DNA of 52,924 bases from Thermoanaerobaculaceae bacterium (GCA_013388425.1 JACADV010000016.1:1-52924); one strand, 5' to 3'; shown: positions 1 to 10,050, counted from the first letter of the stretch. The notes: generated by a model from the sequence alone, not told the origin. Made by a program: numbers and translations.

Positions 1-1093
1 GCTCACCCCCGTGGCCAGCCCCCAAGCGGAGCCCTTGCCCACCCCTACTCCTGGCGCGGCCCCCACGCCGGTGGTCACCCCGCTCCAATTCCAGTCGCGC
101 CCCGCACCCCTCCACCTCTGGGCTGCTGCTGCCCTGGTGGCGGCGGCAGCGCTGGCAGCGTGGTGGCTGTGGCGCCGCCAGCGGGGGGACGGCCGAGAGG
201 CGGGGAAAACGGCCGCCACCCAACACTTGGAAACCGCCATCACAGCCATCGGTACCGAGGGAGTGCTGGGCGGCTACCGGCTCACTGGGATACTGGGTCG
301 CGGCGGCATGGGGACCACCTACCGGGCGGTGCGCGAGCGCGACGGCACGGCCGCCGCGGTCAAGGTACCCCACGAGGGGTGGCGCGCGGACGCCTCGTTC
401 CTCGCCCGCTTCCTCCGCGAGGGGAAACTGGGTGAGCAGCTGCACCACCCGCGCATTGTCAGGATTTTCGAAGCTGGCGAGGAAGGTGGGCAGCCCTTCT
501 TGGCCATGGAGCTGCTGCAGGGGAAGACCCTCAAACAGCTGCTCCGGGAGGAAGCGCCGCTCGCTTTGCGAAGAGCGCTGGAAATGGCCCGCGACATTGC
601 CGAGGCACTCGACTACGCCCACGCCAAGGGCGTCGTCCACCGCGACCTAAAACCCGAGAACATCATGGTGATGGGCGACGGGGTGCTCAAGGTGATGGAC
701 TTTGGCATTGCCCGGGTGGCCGGCGAGGCGGGGCTCACCGCCTCCCACTCCTTCCTGGGGACACCGCTCTACGCAGCCCCGGAAATGGTGGAGGCCAAAC
801 GCATCGATCACCGAGCAGACCTCTACGCCCTGGGCATCATTCTCTTCGAGATGTTGGAGGGGACCGTGCCCTTCACCGCCGACTCCCCCTATCGGGTTCT
901 CAAGATGCACATGGAGGAGCCGCTCCCCTCGGGCTCGGCGCTCCCGCGGCCAGTGCCACCCGCCGTGTGGCAGGTGGTGGAACGGCTCTGCGCCAAGGAT
1001 CCGAACGATCGGTACCCCACGGCCGCCGCCCTGCTCGTGGAATTAAACCGGCTGCTGCAACACTTCCCTCGGTTGGAGGGCGAGCGTGGCTGA
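1..1093 (+). CDS. Hanks-type Ser/Thr protein kinase with a TM helix ahead of the kinase domain. The gene probably starts upstream of the window.
   Basis: Kinase motifs GILGRGGMGTTY, VAVK, HRDLKPENIMV, DFGIAR and GTPLYAAPE. The ORF in the track opens at GTG position 11, but frame 2 has no stop back to position 2. A TM segment (LHLWAAAALVAAAALAAWWLW) is followed by positive residues (RRQRGDGRE), so the region N-terminal to the TM must be extracytoplasmic; this suggests a larger sensor domain lies upstream. Confidence 0.85.
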   Translation, partial: LTPVASPQAEPLPTPTPGAAPTPVVTPLQFQSRPAPLHLWAAAALVAAAALAAWWLWRRQRGDGREAGKTAATQHLETAITAIGTEGVLGGYRLTGILGRGGMGTTYRAVRERDGTAAAVKVPHEGWRADASFLARFLREGKLGEQLHHPRIVRIFEAGEEGGQPFLAMELLQGKTLKQLLREEAPLALRRALEMARDIAEALDYAHAKGVVHRDLKPENIMVMGDGVLKVMDFGIARVAGEAGLTASHSFLGTPLYAAPEMVEAKRIDHRADLYALGIILFEMLEGTVPFTADSPYRVLKMHMEEPLPSGSALPRPVPPAVWQVVERLCAKDPNDRYPTAAALLVELNRLLQHFPRLEGERG

Positions 1094-1442
1094 GTCTCCC
1101 TGCAAGGTTCAAACGCTCTTGACGGTCGGCAACGAGGTGGTGATCCTCTGGGAAGACGGCCACGAGTCGTTCTACCCCGGGCGGGAGTTGCGCCTCGCCT
1201 GCACCTGCGCGGAGTGCGCCGGCGAACAGCACCTGTTCGGTCGGGCCACGTTGCCGGCCCGCCGGGAGCTTACTGAAGCGGCGTTTTCCCCCGTAGCAGC
1301 CCGGCTGGTGGGGAACTACGGCGTCCAGGTCACCTGGGGGGACGGCCACGACCACGGCATCTACCACCTCTCCGACCTGCGCTCTGGCCGCTGGCGTGCC
1401 GCATTACCACCCGCTCCAGACTCCCAAGGCGATCCCCCTTGA
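1086..1442 (+). CDS. DUF971 (gamma-butyrobetaine-hydroxylase-like N-terminal) domain protein
   Basis: ILWEDGHESFYPGRELRLACTCAECAG is the typical DUF971 W-DGH...LR..C.CA.C signature. Starts at GTG 1086 and overlaps the kinase stop by 8 nt. Confidence 0.6.
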   Translation: MAESPCKVQTLLTVGNEVVILWEDGHESFYPGRELRLACTCAECAGEQHLFGRATLPARRELTEAAFSPVAARLVGNYGVQVTWGDGHDHGIYHLSDLRSGRWRAALPPAPDSQGDPP

Positions 1443-1443
1443 C

Positions 1444-1460
1444 CTCGGCCCGAGGCCGAG
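1444..1460 (+). terminator. GC-rich hairpin (CTCGGCC-cga-GGCCGAG) straight after the DUF971 stop, between convergent genes. A T-run follows only about 30 nt later.
   Basis: Perfect 7-bp inverted repeat seen in the sequence. Not a canonical intrinsic terminator because the U-tract is displaced. Confidence 0.25.
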
Positions 1461-1638
1461 AGGGGAAAGCCTCGTCGTTGCCTGCGGACCTTCGTTGTTG
1501 TTTTTTCCACGCGGGGAAAGATGGGTCAACCCCCCAGTGGTGGCCGGGGTCGTACCACGTCACCTGCCGGCGAGGCGCGAGGCAGCCTGAGCCACGCCCG
1601 AGCGGTGCCCTCCGCACCCCTCCTCGGGCCGGGAGCGC

Positions 1639-3042
1639 TCAGTAGGCGTGCCGGTGCCGCCAGAACCGCAGCAGGGTCAACCAGAGGATCTTTAGGTCGA
1701 ACCCCAACGACCAGTTGTCGATGTAGTAGAGATCGGCGGCAATGCGCTTGCGGATCGAGCTCTGGCCCCGCAGGTCGTTGACCTGGGCCCACCCGGTGAT
1801 CCCCGAGCGCACGCGGTGCCGCGACATGTACTCGGGGTAGCGCTCGCGGAAGCGCGCGACGAACTCGGGACGTTCGGGGCGCGGCCCCACCAGCGACATT
1901 TCCCCCTTGAGGACGTTGACGAGCTGCGGCAGCTCGTCCAGGGAAAACCGGCGCAGTACCGCTCCCACCCGAGTGGTGCGGGGGTCGCGACGAGCGGCAA
2001 AACGGGGGCCGGTCCCCTCCTCGGCGTTGGGCACCATGGTCCGGAACTTGAGGATGAGGAACGACTGCCCATCGAGCCCCATGCGTTGCTGCCGGTACAG
2101 CACGGGGCCGCGGTCCTCCAGGTAGATGGCCACGGCAATGACGAGGAACAGCGGCCACAGGAGGAGCAGCGCCAGGCCCGCGACCACCACATCGAAAGCC
2201 CGCTTGATCAAGCGGTACCAGCCAGCCAGGGGGATCTGGGTGAGGTTGATCACGGGAATGCCGTCTAGATCCTCCACACCAGCGTGGAGGGCAAAGTACT
2301 GGAGCAGGTCAGGGACGACCCGCACCTCCAGGAGGAGCGGCTCGGCCCGCTTGAGCAGGCGCACCGTCTTGTGTTGGACGCCGATGGGCAGCGCCACCCA
2401 CAACGTGTCCACGCGGTAGTCGCGGGCCACGCGCTCCAGCTCGTCCAGGGTGCCCAGTACCGGCGCCCCCGAAAAGGTGGCGCCCGCCTTCCCCGGATCG
2501 TCATCCAGAAAACCCACCAGGTCCAGCCCCAGCTCCCGGTGTTGGTTGAGCTTGGCCGCCACGACCCGCCCCAGCTCCCCGGCACCGGCGATGAGGGCCC
2601 GCTGTCGCCGCTTGCTGGAGGCCCAGACCCGCGACATCACGGCCCAGAAGAGGAGACGCGACACGCACAGGAGGAGCACGTCGAGCAGGGCGAACAGCCC
2701 CAGGGTGAGCCGGGAGTAGGTGAACTCGCGGTAGAACCCCAGGCCAGCGGCCAGCACCACCATGGCCACCGCCACGGCCACGCCAATGGCCACGCACTCC
2801 TCGACCCGCGAGCGGAGCGGGCGGCCGGTGAGCAGGCCGCGGAAGTAGAACACCACCGGCCACACCAGGGCAATGATGGGGAACAACGCCAGGTACGGCT
2901 CGAAGGGCGGCACGCCCTTGGTGACGGGCAGGATCTCGATGGTAAACCGCAGGTAGAAAGCGGCCAAGAGCGCCAGGTACGTGGCCAGGAGATCGGTGAC
3001 CACCAGGAGGGCTCGGTTGATGCGCAGCTTCTCGCCGATCAC
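1639..3042 (-). CDS. Polyprenyl-phosphate sugar phosphotransferase (WbaP/PssA/CpsE family priming glycosyltransferase)
   Basis: C-terminal bacterial sugar transferase motifs DELPQLVNVLKGEMSLVGPRPERPEF and YYIDNWSLGFDLKIL; N-terminal TM helices. The ORF is open up to 3174. I prefer GTG 3042 because it forms a GTGA overlap with the stop of the upstream glycosyltransferase (GT) at 3039-3041; that gives 467 aa, which is family-typical. Confidence 0.8.
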   Translation of the reverse strand: MIGEKLRINRALLVVTDLLATYLALLAAFYLRFTIEILPVTKGVPPFEPYLALFPIIALVWPVVFYFRGLLTGRPLRSRVEECVAIGVAVAVAMVVLAAGLGFYREFTYSRLTLGLFALLDVLLLCVSRLLFWAVMSRVWASSKRRQRALIAGAGELGRVVAAKLNQHRELGLDLVGFLDDDPGKAGATFSGAPVLGTLDELERVARDYRVDTLWVALPIGVQHKTVRLLKRAEPLLLEVRVVPDLLQYFALHAGVEDLDGIPVINLTQIPLAGWYRLIKRAFDVVVAGLALLLLWPLFLVIAVAIYLEDRGPVLYRQQRMGLDGQSFLILKFRTMVPNAEEGTGPRFAARRDPRTTRVGAVLRRFSLDELPQLVNVLKGEMSLVGPRPERPEFVARFRERYPEYMSRHRVRSGITGWAQVNDLRGQSSIRKRIAADLYYIDNWSLGFDLKILWLTLLRFWRHRHAY

Positions 3043-4133
3043 CGCGTCCTGCTCCCCGGAAGGATCCGTTCCAACAAGTACGAGAAACGGCGCCGGAACC
3101 GTTCGCGCGAAAAGCTCTCGGCGCGCGCCCGCAGGACTCGCGCGTCCCACTCCCGCGCCAGCACGCGACGGCACTCGGCGGCAATGGCCTCCACCGTTGC
3201 CGCTCGGGCCAGCGCCCCGTGCTGCCCATCCACCACCACGTCCGCCGTCCCGCTCCCCACGAGTCCCACCACTGGTGTGCCGCAGGCCAGCGCCTCCACC
3301 GTGACGATGCCAAAATCCTCCACGTTGGGAACCAGCAGGAGCGCCGCCCGGCGGTACTCGTCGCGCAGCCGCTCCCGGGAGATGGTACCGAGAAACTGAG
3401 CCCCCCGGGGGGCCTGCCGTTGCAGCGAACGGCGCAACGGGCCGTCACCCACGATGCGCACCTCCAGGCCGAGCTGGGCAGCCACCGCCATCCCCACGTC
3501 CACCCTCTTGTACGGAACCAGAGCCGCCACCATCAAGAGGTGCTGCCCCCGCTCCCCACCCGGGGTGAAGAACTCGGTGTCCACGGGGGGCGGGATGACC
3601 TCCGCCTCCCGTCGCCAGTAGTGCTGGATGCGCCGGGCAACGAGCTGCGAGTTAGCCACGAAGTGGTCCACGCGGGCCGCCGACACCACGTCCCAGGTGC
3701 GCAGCCACTCCAGTTGCGCCCGCACCAGTGGGCGCAGCGGCGCGAAGACGGTGACGAGGTACTCCTCCCGCTGATCCCACAGGTAGCGCATGGGGGTGTG
3801 GCAGTAGCAGACGTGCACGGCCCCCGGCGGGGGGATCACCCCCTTGGCCACGCAGTGGCTGGAGGAGATGACCAGGTCGAAACCGTCCAGGCGAATGCCG
3901 GCCACAGCCGCAGGCATCAGGGGCAGCAAGGGTCGGTAGAAGCGGCCCCCCAGGGAGAGCCGTTGCAACGAGGAGGGGTGGATGGGGTGGCTGGCAATCT
4001 CGGCGGATACGCTCCCCGGCCGGTACACCACGGTGAAGATGGGCGCCTCGGGGAAGAAGGCGCCAATCTCCGCCAAGACCAGCTCCCCACCCCGCATGCC
4101 CGTGAGCCAGTCGTGGACCAGGGCAACCCGCAT
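3039..4133 (-). CDS. GT1-family (GT4-type) glycosyltransferase
   Basis: MRVALVHDWL..., a GT-B fold with the EX7E region. The ATG at 4131-4133 forms an ATGA overlap with the upstream GT stop. Confidence 0.8.
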   Translation of the reverse strand: MRVALVHDWLTGMRGGELVLAEIGAFFPEAPIFTVVYRPGSVSAEIASHPIHPSSLQRLSLGGRFYRPLLPLMPAAVAGIRLDGFDLVISSSHCVAKGVIPPPGAVHVCYCHTPMRYLWDQREEYLVTVFAPLRPLVRAQLEWLRTWDVVSAARVDHFVANSQLVARRIQHYWRREAEVIPPPVDTEFFTPGGERGQHLLMVAALVPYKRVDVGMAVAAQLGLEVRIVGDGPLRRSLQRQAPRGAQFLGTISRERLRDEYRRAALLLVPNVEDFGIVTVEALACGTPVVGLVGSGTADVVVDGQHGALARAATVEAIAAECRRVLAREWDARVLRARAESFSRERFRRRFSYLLERILPGSRTR

Positions 4134-5250
4134 CACACCTCCTGCTGCACGGCCCGGTAGACCGCCAGCGTCGCCTCGGCGGCACGGCGCCAGCCGTACT
4201 GACCAGCGGTGTGTCGCCCGCGCTCGGACAGCTTCCCGCGCAGCTCCGGCCGCTCCAGGAGGCGCGCCACAGCCGTGGCGATGGCGTCCACGTCGCGGGG
4301 GTTGACGCGCACCACCGCGTCCTCGGCAATCTCTCGCAGGGCCGGCACGTCGCCGGCCACCACCGGCACGCCGCACCCCATTGCTTCCAGCACCGGCAGG
4401 CCAAAGCCCTCGTAGAGCGTGGGGTAGACGAACACCGTGGCTCCCCGGTAGAGCGCCGCCAGCTCCTCTCGTTCCAAATGACCCAGGCAGCGCACCCGCT
4501 CCCCCAACCCCATGCTGCGGGCGCGCTCGGCCAGGGGTCCCTCCTGGGTGAAGCCGCCCGCCAGGATGAGTGGCGGCACGCCGTCCGGCCGCTGGTTGGC
4601 CAGCAACTGGTACGCCTTGAGAACGCTGCCGGTGTTCTTGTGGGGTTTGTCGTTCCCCACGTGGAGGAGGTAGGGCGACGCCACGCCCAGCTTCCTGAGG
4701 ATGGCGGCATCGACGGCCGGATTGCCCGGCGCCAGAAAGTCTGCATGGATGCCGTTGGGGATCACGTGCACCTTCTCGCCGCTGGCACCGAAAAGTCGCC
4801 GCAGGTCCTGGGCGGTACTCTTGGAAACGGTGATGATGCGGCGGGCACGCCGGATGGCAGCCCGGATCAGGAAGCGGGCGTAGGCGAAACCCAGCGGCGT
4901 GGGGAGGAACTCGGGAAACATCACGTGGATGATGTCGTGCACGGTGACGACGAGCGGGACCGGGCAGAGGAGCGGGATGACGTAGTGCGGCTCGTGCAGG
5001 ACCCCGATGCCAGCCCGCACCACCGCCAGGGGGATCTCCACCTGCTCGCGCAGCGTGTAGCCGCTGGCCTCGATCTCCACGAGGCGCCAGCGCTCGGGCA
5101 GTTCCGGCAGGAGGTGGCGGGTGTCGGGAGACACCGCCACCACCACCTCATCCTCCGCGCACAGGGTAAGGAACTCCCCCACCAACCCCTGGAGGTAGGA
5201 GCCGATCCCAAAATCGGCAAGCTTGCGCGCATCAATGCCCAGGCGCCGCA
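4133..5250 (-). CDS. GT1-family (GT4-type) glycosyltransferase
   Basis: MRRLGIDARKL...GVPVVAGDVPALREI. First ATG is at 5248-5250; the longer ORF upstream of it is low-complexity R/W-rich. Confidence 0.8.
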
Positions 5251-6365
5251 TCCGCCGGCATTCTAAGACTGGCGAGGAGTTGCCGCCAGGCGGCCGCCAC
5301 CCGATCCCAGGAAAGCTCGCAGGCGCGAGCAACGGCGCGCTCCCGCCGGAGGGGACGGTCGCTGGCTGCCAGGAGCCTGGCCATGGCCGCTGCCAACGCC
5401 GCCCCATCGCCGCGCTGGAAGTGCTCGGCGGCCCCCCCCGCCACCTCCACCAGCGCCGGCTCGTTGCTGGCCAGGCACACCGCCCCGCACGCCATCGCCT
5501 CGGCCAACGGCAGGCCAAACCCCTCCTCTTCCGCCGCCACCACCACCAGCTCGGCGTGGCGGAGGAGCTCCCTCGCCTCTTCCCGCGTCACGTACCCCGC
5601 CACGTGCACCCGGTCGCGGCGTGGGTGCCGGGCAAGCGCCCGCTCCAGGAGCTGGCGGCCCCAGCCCAGGGCACCCGCCAGGACCAGGTCCGGGGCCTGG
5701 GGGTGGGTGGCCAGGAGGCGGGCGTGGGCTTCCAGGAGCGTCGCCACCCCCTTGCGCGGTTCCACCGTTCCCAGCTGCACCACGAACGGGCGGCCCGCGG
5801 CAAACCGGTCCCGAACGGGCTGTGGCGAGGCAGCGGGGGGCGGCGGGGTGAAGAACCCGTCCAAACCCGGGGGAATCACCAGCGCTGCCCGAGCCTGCCG
5901 CGGCAGCACCGTGGCCAGGCGCTGCCGCGTCGCCTCGGAGTCGCACACCACCACCGTGGCTGCCGCCACCGACTCCGCAAAGTAGGCGTTGAAGCAGAAC
6001 CGATTGGCAAGGGTGTGCTGGTGCGGCCGGGTGCGCGGCGTGAGGTCGTGCACCACCAGCACGGAGGGGAGTGCCAGGCGCCGCGGCAGGATCCCCAGCG
6101 TGGCAAGGTACACGTCCGCCCGGCCAGCCAGCGAGGGACCGGCCACGGTCGTGAGCCACAACGTGCCAGGAAGCGGTACGGGTGGGGCGAGACGGTGGAA
6201 GCGATCCGCGGGCAGCTCCAGCCCCAGTGGCGCCCGCGGCCGCGGCAGCGCCAGCACAAACCGGTACGAGCTCTCAACCTCCAAGACCCGGAGCAAGCCC
6301 TCCAGCCACACCCCCACACCGGTCCGCTGCCCGAGGAGCGGGCGCGCGTCACACGCAATACGCAT
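5232..6365 (-). CDS. GT1-family (GT4-type) glycosyltransferase
   Basis: MRIACDARPLLG...EEGFGLPLAEAMACGAVCLASN. Overlaps its neighbours by 19 and 17 nt. Confidence 0.8.
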   Translation of the reverse strand: MRIACDARPLLGQRTGVGVWLEGLLRVLEVESSYRFVLALPRPRAPLGLELPADRFHRLAPPVPLPGTLWLTTVAGPSLAGRADVYLATLGILPRRLALPSVLVVHDLTPRTRPHQHTLANRFCFNAYFAESVAAATVVVCDSEATRQRLATVLPRQARAALVIPPGLDGFFTPPPPAASPQPVRDRFAAGRPFVVQLGTVEPRKGVATLLEAHARLLATHPQAPDLVLAGALGWGRQLLERALARHPRRDRVHVAGYVTREEARELLRHAELVVVAAEEEGFGLPLAEAMACGAVCLASNEPALVEVAGGAAEHFQRGDGAALAAAMARLLAASDRPLRRERAVARACELSWDRVAAAWRQLLASLRMPADAAPGH

Positions 6366-7638
6366 CGTGGCCCGACTCCGCAAGGCCCACCGCGCGGCGG
6401 AAGACAGCAGCAGTGGCGCGGGCTGCCTCCTCCCAGCGGAACTGCGCCGCCCTGCTCCTGGCCGCCGCCACCAACCGCTCGCGGAGCTGCCGGTCGCCGG
6501 CGAGGCGGAGGATGGCGGCAGCCAGGTCGTCGGGGTCGCGGGGGTCCACGTAGAGCACCGCGTCGCCACCCACCTCGGGGAGGGAGGAGACGTTGGAGGT
6601 GATCACCGGCACCCCCACGGCCATGGCCTCCACCACCGGCAGCCCGAACCCCTCTAGCAGGGAGGGGAACACCAGCGCTTCGGCCGCCCGCAGGACCGCG
6701 TTGAGCTCCTCCCGCTTGAGGTAGTCCAGGTGGTGGATGCGGTGGCGCGCCGGTGAGGCGGCCAGGGCAGCCCGCGCTGCCTCGGTTTTCCAGCCCCAGC
6801 GACCCACCAGCACCAGGTCTCCCTCGTACCCGCCCGCCACCGCGCGCGCAAAGCCCTCCAGGAGGCCCAGGATGTTCTTGCGCGGCTCCAGCGTGGAGAC
6901 GAACAACAGGTACCTCTCGGGCAAGGGGGTGCGGGGGGGGTGCGGCGCAGCCAGAAACGAAGGGTCCACCCCCTCGTGGATGACGTGGATGCGGCGCCGA
7001 CTCACCCCGAGCAGGGTCGCGAGATCTTCCGCCGTGGCCTGGGAAACGGCAATGATGGCCGCGGCTGCCACCACGGCCCGCGGCAGGTGGTGGTGGAGGT
7101 TGTCCAGGGTCTCGCGCTGCACCGTGTCGGGGAAGCGGAGGAACGCCAGGTCGTGGACGGTGGCCACGTGCCGTGCCGCCGCCGGCAGGTGGCGCCGGGG
7201 GACGAAGAAGTTGGGGGCAAAGAACAGGTCGTTGCCGTCCAGAAACAGGAACATTGGCTCCACCACCGCGCGCAAGAACTCGATGGTCGGCCGGATTGGC
7301 AACAGGAAACCAGGGGGGATGTGGTGGAAGCGGAAGCGGCAGTTGTCCCCCAGTGGCAGCGGTGGCGGCGAGGGTTCGTCGGGAGCGGCAAAGGTGTGGG
7401 CGTAGAAGTTGAGGCGCAGCGCCCCGTCCACGCGGGGGAGGTGCGAGAGCACGTTCCACTCGTACCACCCCACCCCGGTCATGCGCTCGAAGAAGGGGAA
7501 GATATCCACCCCCACCGTGAGGCACGCCTCGCCAGCCACGGTGCGCCGGTACCAGCGCCGGAACCGCCCCGCCAGCGTCCCGGCCAGATCGCGGAGGAGG
7601 TTGACGAAGAAGCGCACCGTGAGCGCGAGCCGTTCCAT
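6349..7638 (-). CDS. GT1-family (GT4-type) glycosyltransferase, first gene of the GT operon
   Basis: MERLALTVRFF...LEGFGLPVVEAMAVGVPVITSN. ATG at 7636-7638; upstream of it the ORF is shadow sequence. Confidence 0.8.
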   Translation of the reverse strand: MERLALTVRFFVNLLRDLAGTLAGRFRRWYRRTVAGEACLTVGVDIFPFFERMTGVGWYEWNVLSHLPRVDGALRLNFYAHTFAAPDEPSPPPLPLGDNCRFRFHHIPPGFLLPIRPTIEFLRAVVEPMFLFLDGNDLFFAPNFFVPRRHLPAAARHVATVHDLAFLRFPDTVQRETLDNLHHHLPRAVVAAAAIIAVSQATAEDLATLLGVSRRRIHVIHEGVDPSFLAAPHPPRTPLPERYLLFVSTLEPRKNILGLLEGFARAVAGGYEGDLVLVGRWGWKTEAARAALAASPARHRIHHLDYLKREELNAVLRAAEALVFPSLLEGFGLPVVEAMAVGVPVITSNVSSLPEVGGDAVLYVDPRDPDDLAAAILRLAGDRQLRERLVAAARSRAAQFRWEEAARATAAVFRRAVGLAESGHDAYCV

Positions 7639-7666
7639 CCGCCGGGAAGGGTACACTACCCCGCCC

Positions 7667-8758
7667 GTGACGCGATGGCTCCTCCTTGCGGCTGCACTCC
7701 TGGCTGCCGGTGCCGGTGGCTGGTGGTGGTGGACCGCCCCTCCCCGCAGCAGCAACGAAGAGTTGCAGCACGCGCTGGGCCTTGCCCCCTCCACCGCCCG
7801 CGGGGTGGTGGCCGTTGCCGCCCCACGCCGCGCCGCCCGCTGGCTCGCCCGCCACCCCCAGGGGCTGCTCCTGGTGGGCGCGGCCGCCGGCGAGGCCGCC
7901 GGCTCTCTGGCCCGGCTGGGGCGCTTCGCTGCCCCGCTGGTGGCGGCAGCGCAGGGCCCGCTGGTGCTCTGGTGGCGGGGGACCGAGGCCGGGGCGGCGG
8001 TGCCAGTCTCGCCCAGCGCTCGACCGGCACTCCTGGAGCTGGCGGCGCGAAGCTCGCTGGCTGCCAGCAGCGGCCCCGACTGGTGGGCGGTAGCCACCTC
8101 TCCCGAGCTGCTGGGCCCCAATGAAGGAGCGCTTCCCCCGTCCACCCCAGGCCCGCCGGCTTTCGCTCTCGCGCGCCTGGGCGGGCGCTTTTGGCGCGTG
8201 CAGGCGAGCCGGAAAACCCTGGAGGCGAGCACGGAGGAGGTGTGCTCCCTACCCCCCGAAACGCCCGGCACCTCCACCCTGGTCTGCGCGCAGGCCGGCC
8301 AGGCGCTGGCGTGGCTCGGCCTGGGCCAGGTCGCGGTGGGTCCGGTGCGAGTGGCCGTGAACGATGCCCACCAATGGGCGGTGGTGTTCCCCACCCTGCA
8401 CCTGGACGGGCTAGCCCGCTCCCTCCTTGGGGGTACACCGACACGCGCCGGTGCGGTGGAAATGTGGCGCGGCGTGCTGGGCACGGTGTGGGTGCAGGAG
8501 GGTGAGGGGACGGCCATCGCCTCCTCGCCCGAGCTGCTCGCCTCGCTCCCCTCGGCTGGGGTTGCCGTCAGCGAGGGCGTCGTCCACGGTGGGCACGCGG
8601 CCTGGCTGCTGGGGCGGGTAGCGCACACCGTCGAGCACATCCCTACCCTCAAGGCCCAGGCCCCACTGCTCGCCCGCGTTGCCGAGCTGGCGGGGGGGGT
8701 GCGAGTGGTGCGGCTGCGCCTCGAGGAGCAGCGCGGCCACGTTTTCCTCGCGTGGTAG
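7667..8758 (+). CDS. Hypothetical Ala-rich secreted protein, divergent from the GT operon
   Basis: GTG 7667 opens an N-terminal hydrophobic signal/TM (TRWLLLAAALLAAGAGGWWWW). Third-position GC is high throughout. No recognisable domain. The 5' part of the track ORF (7409-7666) is antisense to the GT and is rejected. Confidence 0.45.
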   Translation: MTRWLLLAAALLAAGAGGWWWWTAPPRSSNEELQHALGLAPSTARGVVAVAAPRRAARWLARHPQGLLLVGAAAGEAAGSLARLGRFAAPLVAAAQGPLVLWWRGTEAGAAVPVSPSARPALLELAARSSLAASSGPDWWAVATSPELLGPNEGALPPSTPGPPAFALARLGGRFWRVQASRKTLEASTEEVCSLPPETPGTSTLVCAQAGQALAWLGLGQVAVGPVRVAVNDAHQWAVVFPTLHLDGLARSLLGGTPTRAGAVEMWRGVLGTVWVQEGEGTAIASSPELLASLPSAGVAVSEGVVHGGHAAWLLGRVAHTVEHIPTLKAQAPLLARVAELAGGVRVVRLRLEEQRGHVFLAW

Positions 8759-8769
8759 CATCCTCAACG

Positions 8770-9546
8770 ATGGCTGAGGTTCGCCTCCACGAGCAGGGGG
8801 CCGTGGCGATCCTGGAGCTGGATGCACCGGCCACCGGCAACGCCCTGGGGTCCGCCCTGGTGGGTGAGCTGGCACGGGCCGTGGCCGAGGTGCGGGGCTC
8901 CTCGGCCCGAGCCGTGGTCCTGCACGGCGCGGGCAAGCACTTTTGCACCGGCGCCAACCTTGCCGAGGTGGCCGCCAGCGCCGAACACCCCCTCGCCGAG
9001 CGAGGTGCCGACGCGGAGCGTCTGGGTGCCCTCTACTCCGCGTGGCTCCGGTTGCCCCAGTTCACCGTGGCGGCGGTTCGCGGGGCGGCCTTTGGCGGCG
9101 GTGCTGGCCTTGCGGCCGCCTGCGACCTGGTGGTGGCCGGCCCGGAGGCACGCTTCCAGTTTTCCGAGGTTCGCCTCGGCTTCGTCCCGGCCCTGATCGC
9201 GGTGTTCCTCGTCCGCCGCGTGCCTCCTGCCCGACTGTTCCAGCTCTTCGCCGATCCCACCCCCCTCACCGCCGAAGAGGCGCGCCAGGTGGGGCTGGTG
9301 GACGAGGTGGCAGAGGATCCCCTGGCTCGGGCCGTGGCCCGGGCCGAGGCAGTGACGGCCAAGGCCGCCCCCAGTGCGGTAGCAGCCACCAAGAAGCTGC
9401 TGCTGGAGCTGACGCTGCCGCACCTCGACGAGCAGCTGGCACTGGCGGCCCACCTCAATGCAGCGCAACGCTCGCACCCCGAATGCCGTCGCGGGGTGGC
9501 GCACTTTCTCGCCGAACACTCGTTCCCCGACTGGTCCAAACTCTGA
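8770..9546 (+). CDS. Enoyl-CoA hydratase/isomerase (crotonase) family protein
   Basis: MAEVRLHEQGAVAILELD...GKHFCTGANL...FGGGAGLAAACDL, the crotonase fold signature. A GTG at 8752 is an alternative start. Confidence 0.8.
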   Translation: MAEVRLHEQGAVAILELDAPATGNALGSALVGELARAVAEVRGSSARAVVLHGAGKHFCTGANLAEVAASAEHPLAERGADAERLGALYSAWLRLPQFTVAAVRGAAFGGGAGLAAACDLVVAGPEARFQFSEVRLGFVPALIAVFLVRRVPPARLFQLFADPTPLTAEEARQVGLVDEVAEDPLARAVARAEAVTAKAAPSAVAATKKLLLELTLPHLDEQLALAAHLNAAQRSHPECRRGVAHFLAEHSFPDWSKL

Positions 9547-9597
9547 TCGGCACGCTCCTGCCGCCCTCCTGGGGTGGCGCGGGGGCAGAGCGGTGGG

Positions 9598-10050
9598 CTA
9601 CGCCTTCTCGTCGCCCGCGGCGAGCCGCACCACCAGCACCGGCCGGTCGGCCAGGTGGAGGACCTTGCGGGTGACTGAACCCACCAGGGCGTGGTGGAGC
9701 CCGCTGGCGCCGTGGGTCGCCATGACGATCAGGTCGCACCCCTCCTGGGCGGCAAACTCGGCGATCCGGCGGGCCGGATGGCCGCGCACCACGCACACCT
9801 CCACCTCGCTCCCCCCGCCTACCTTCCTCTTGAGTTCCTCCAGCTTCTCCTGAGCCGCGTCGCGCAGGTGGCGGTAGTAATCGGCCCAGGGCATCTGGAA
9901 CGACAGGATGTCGGGGTTGGGGAAGGAATCGTCCACCACCGCCAGGAGGACCACCGACCCGTGGGAGAGGCGAGCCAGCTCCAGGGCCATCTTCAGTGGC
10001 GCCCGTACGGGCTCGGTGAAGTCCACCGGCACCAGGATCTTCGAGAACAC
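9598..10050 (-). CDS. Universal stress protein (UspA family)
   Basis: ILVPVDFTE...LIVMATHGASGLHHALVGSVTRKVLHLADRPVLVV. GTG start with a GGAGGGAG Shine-Dalgarno 5-6 nt upstream. Confidence 0.8.
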   Translation of the reverse strand: MFSKILVPVDFTEPVRAPLKMALELARLSHGSVVLLAVVDDSFPNPDILSFQMPWADYYRHLRDAAQEKLEELKRKVGGGSEVEVCVVRGHPARRIAEFAAQEGCDLIVMATHGASGLHHALVGSVTRKVLHLADRPVLVVRLAAGDEKA

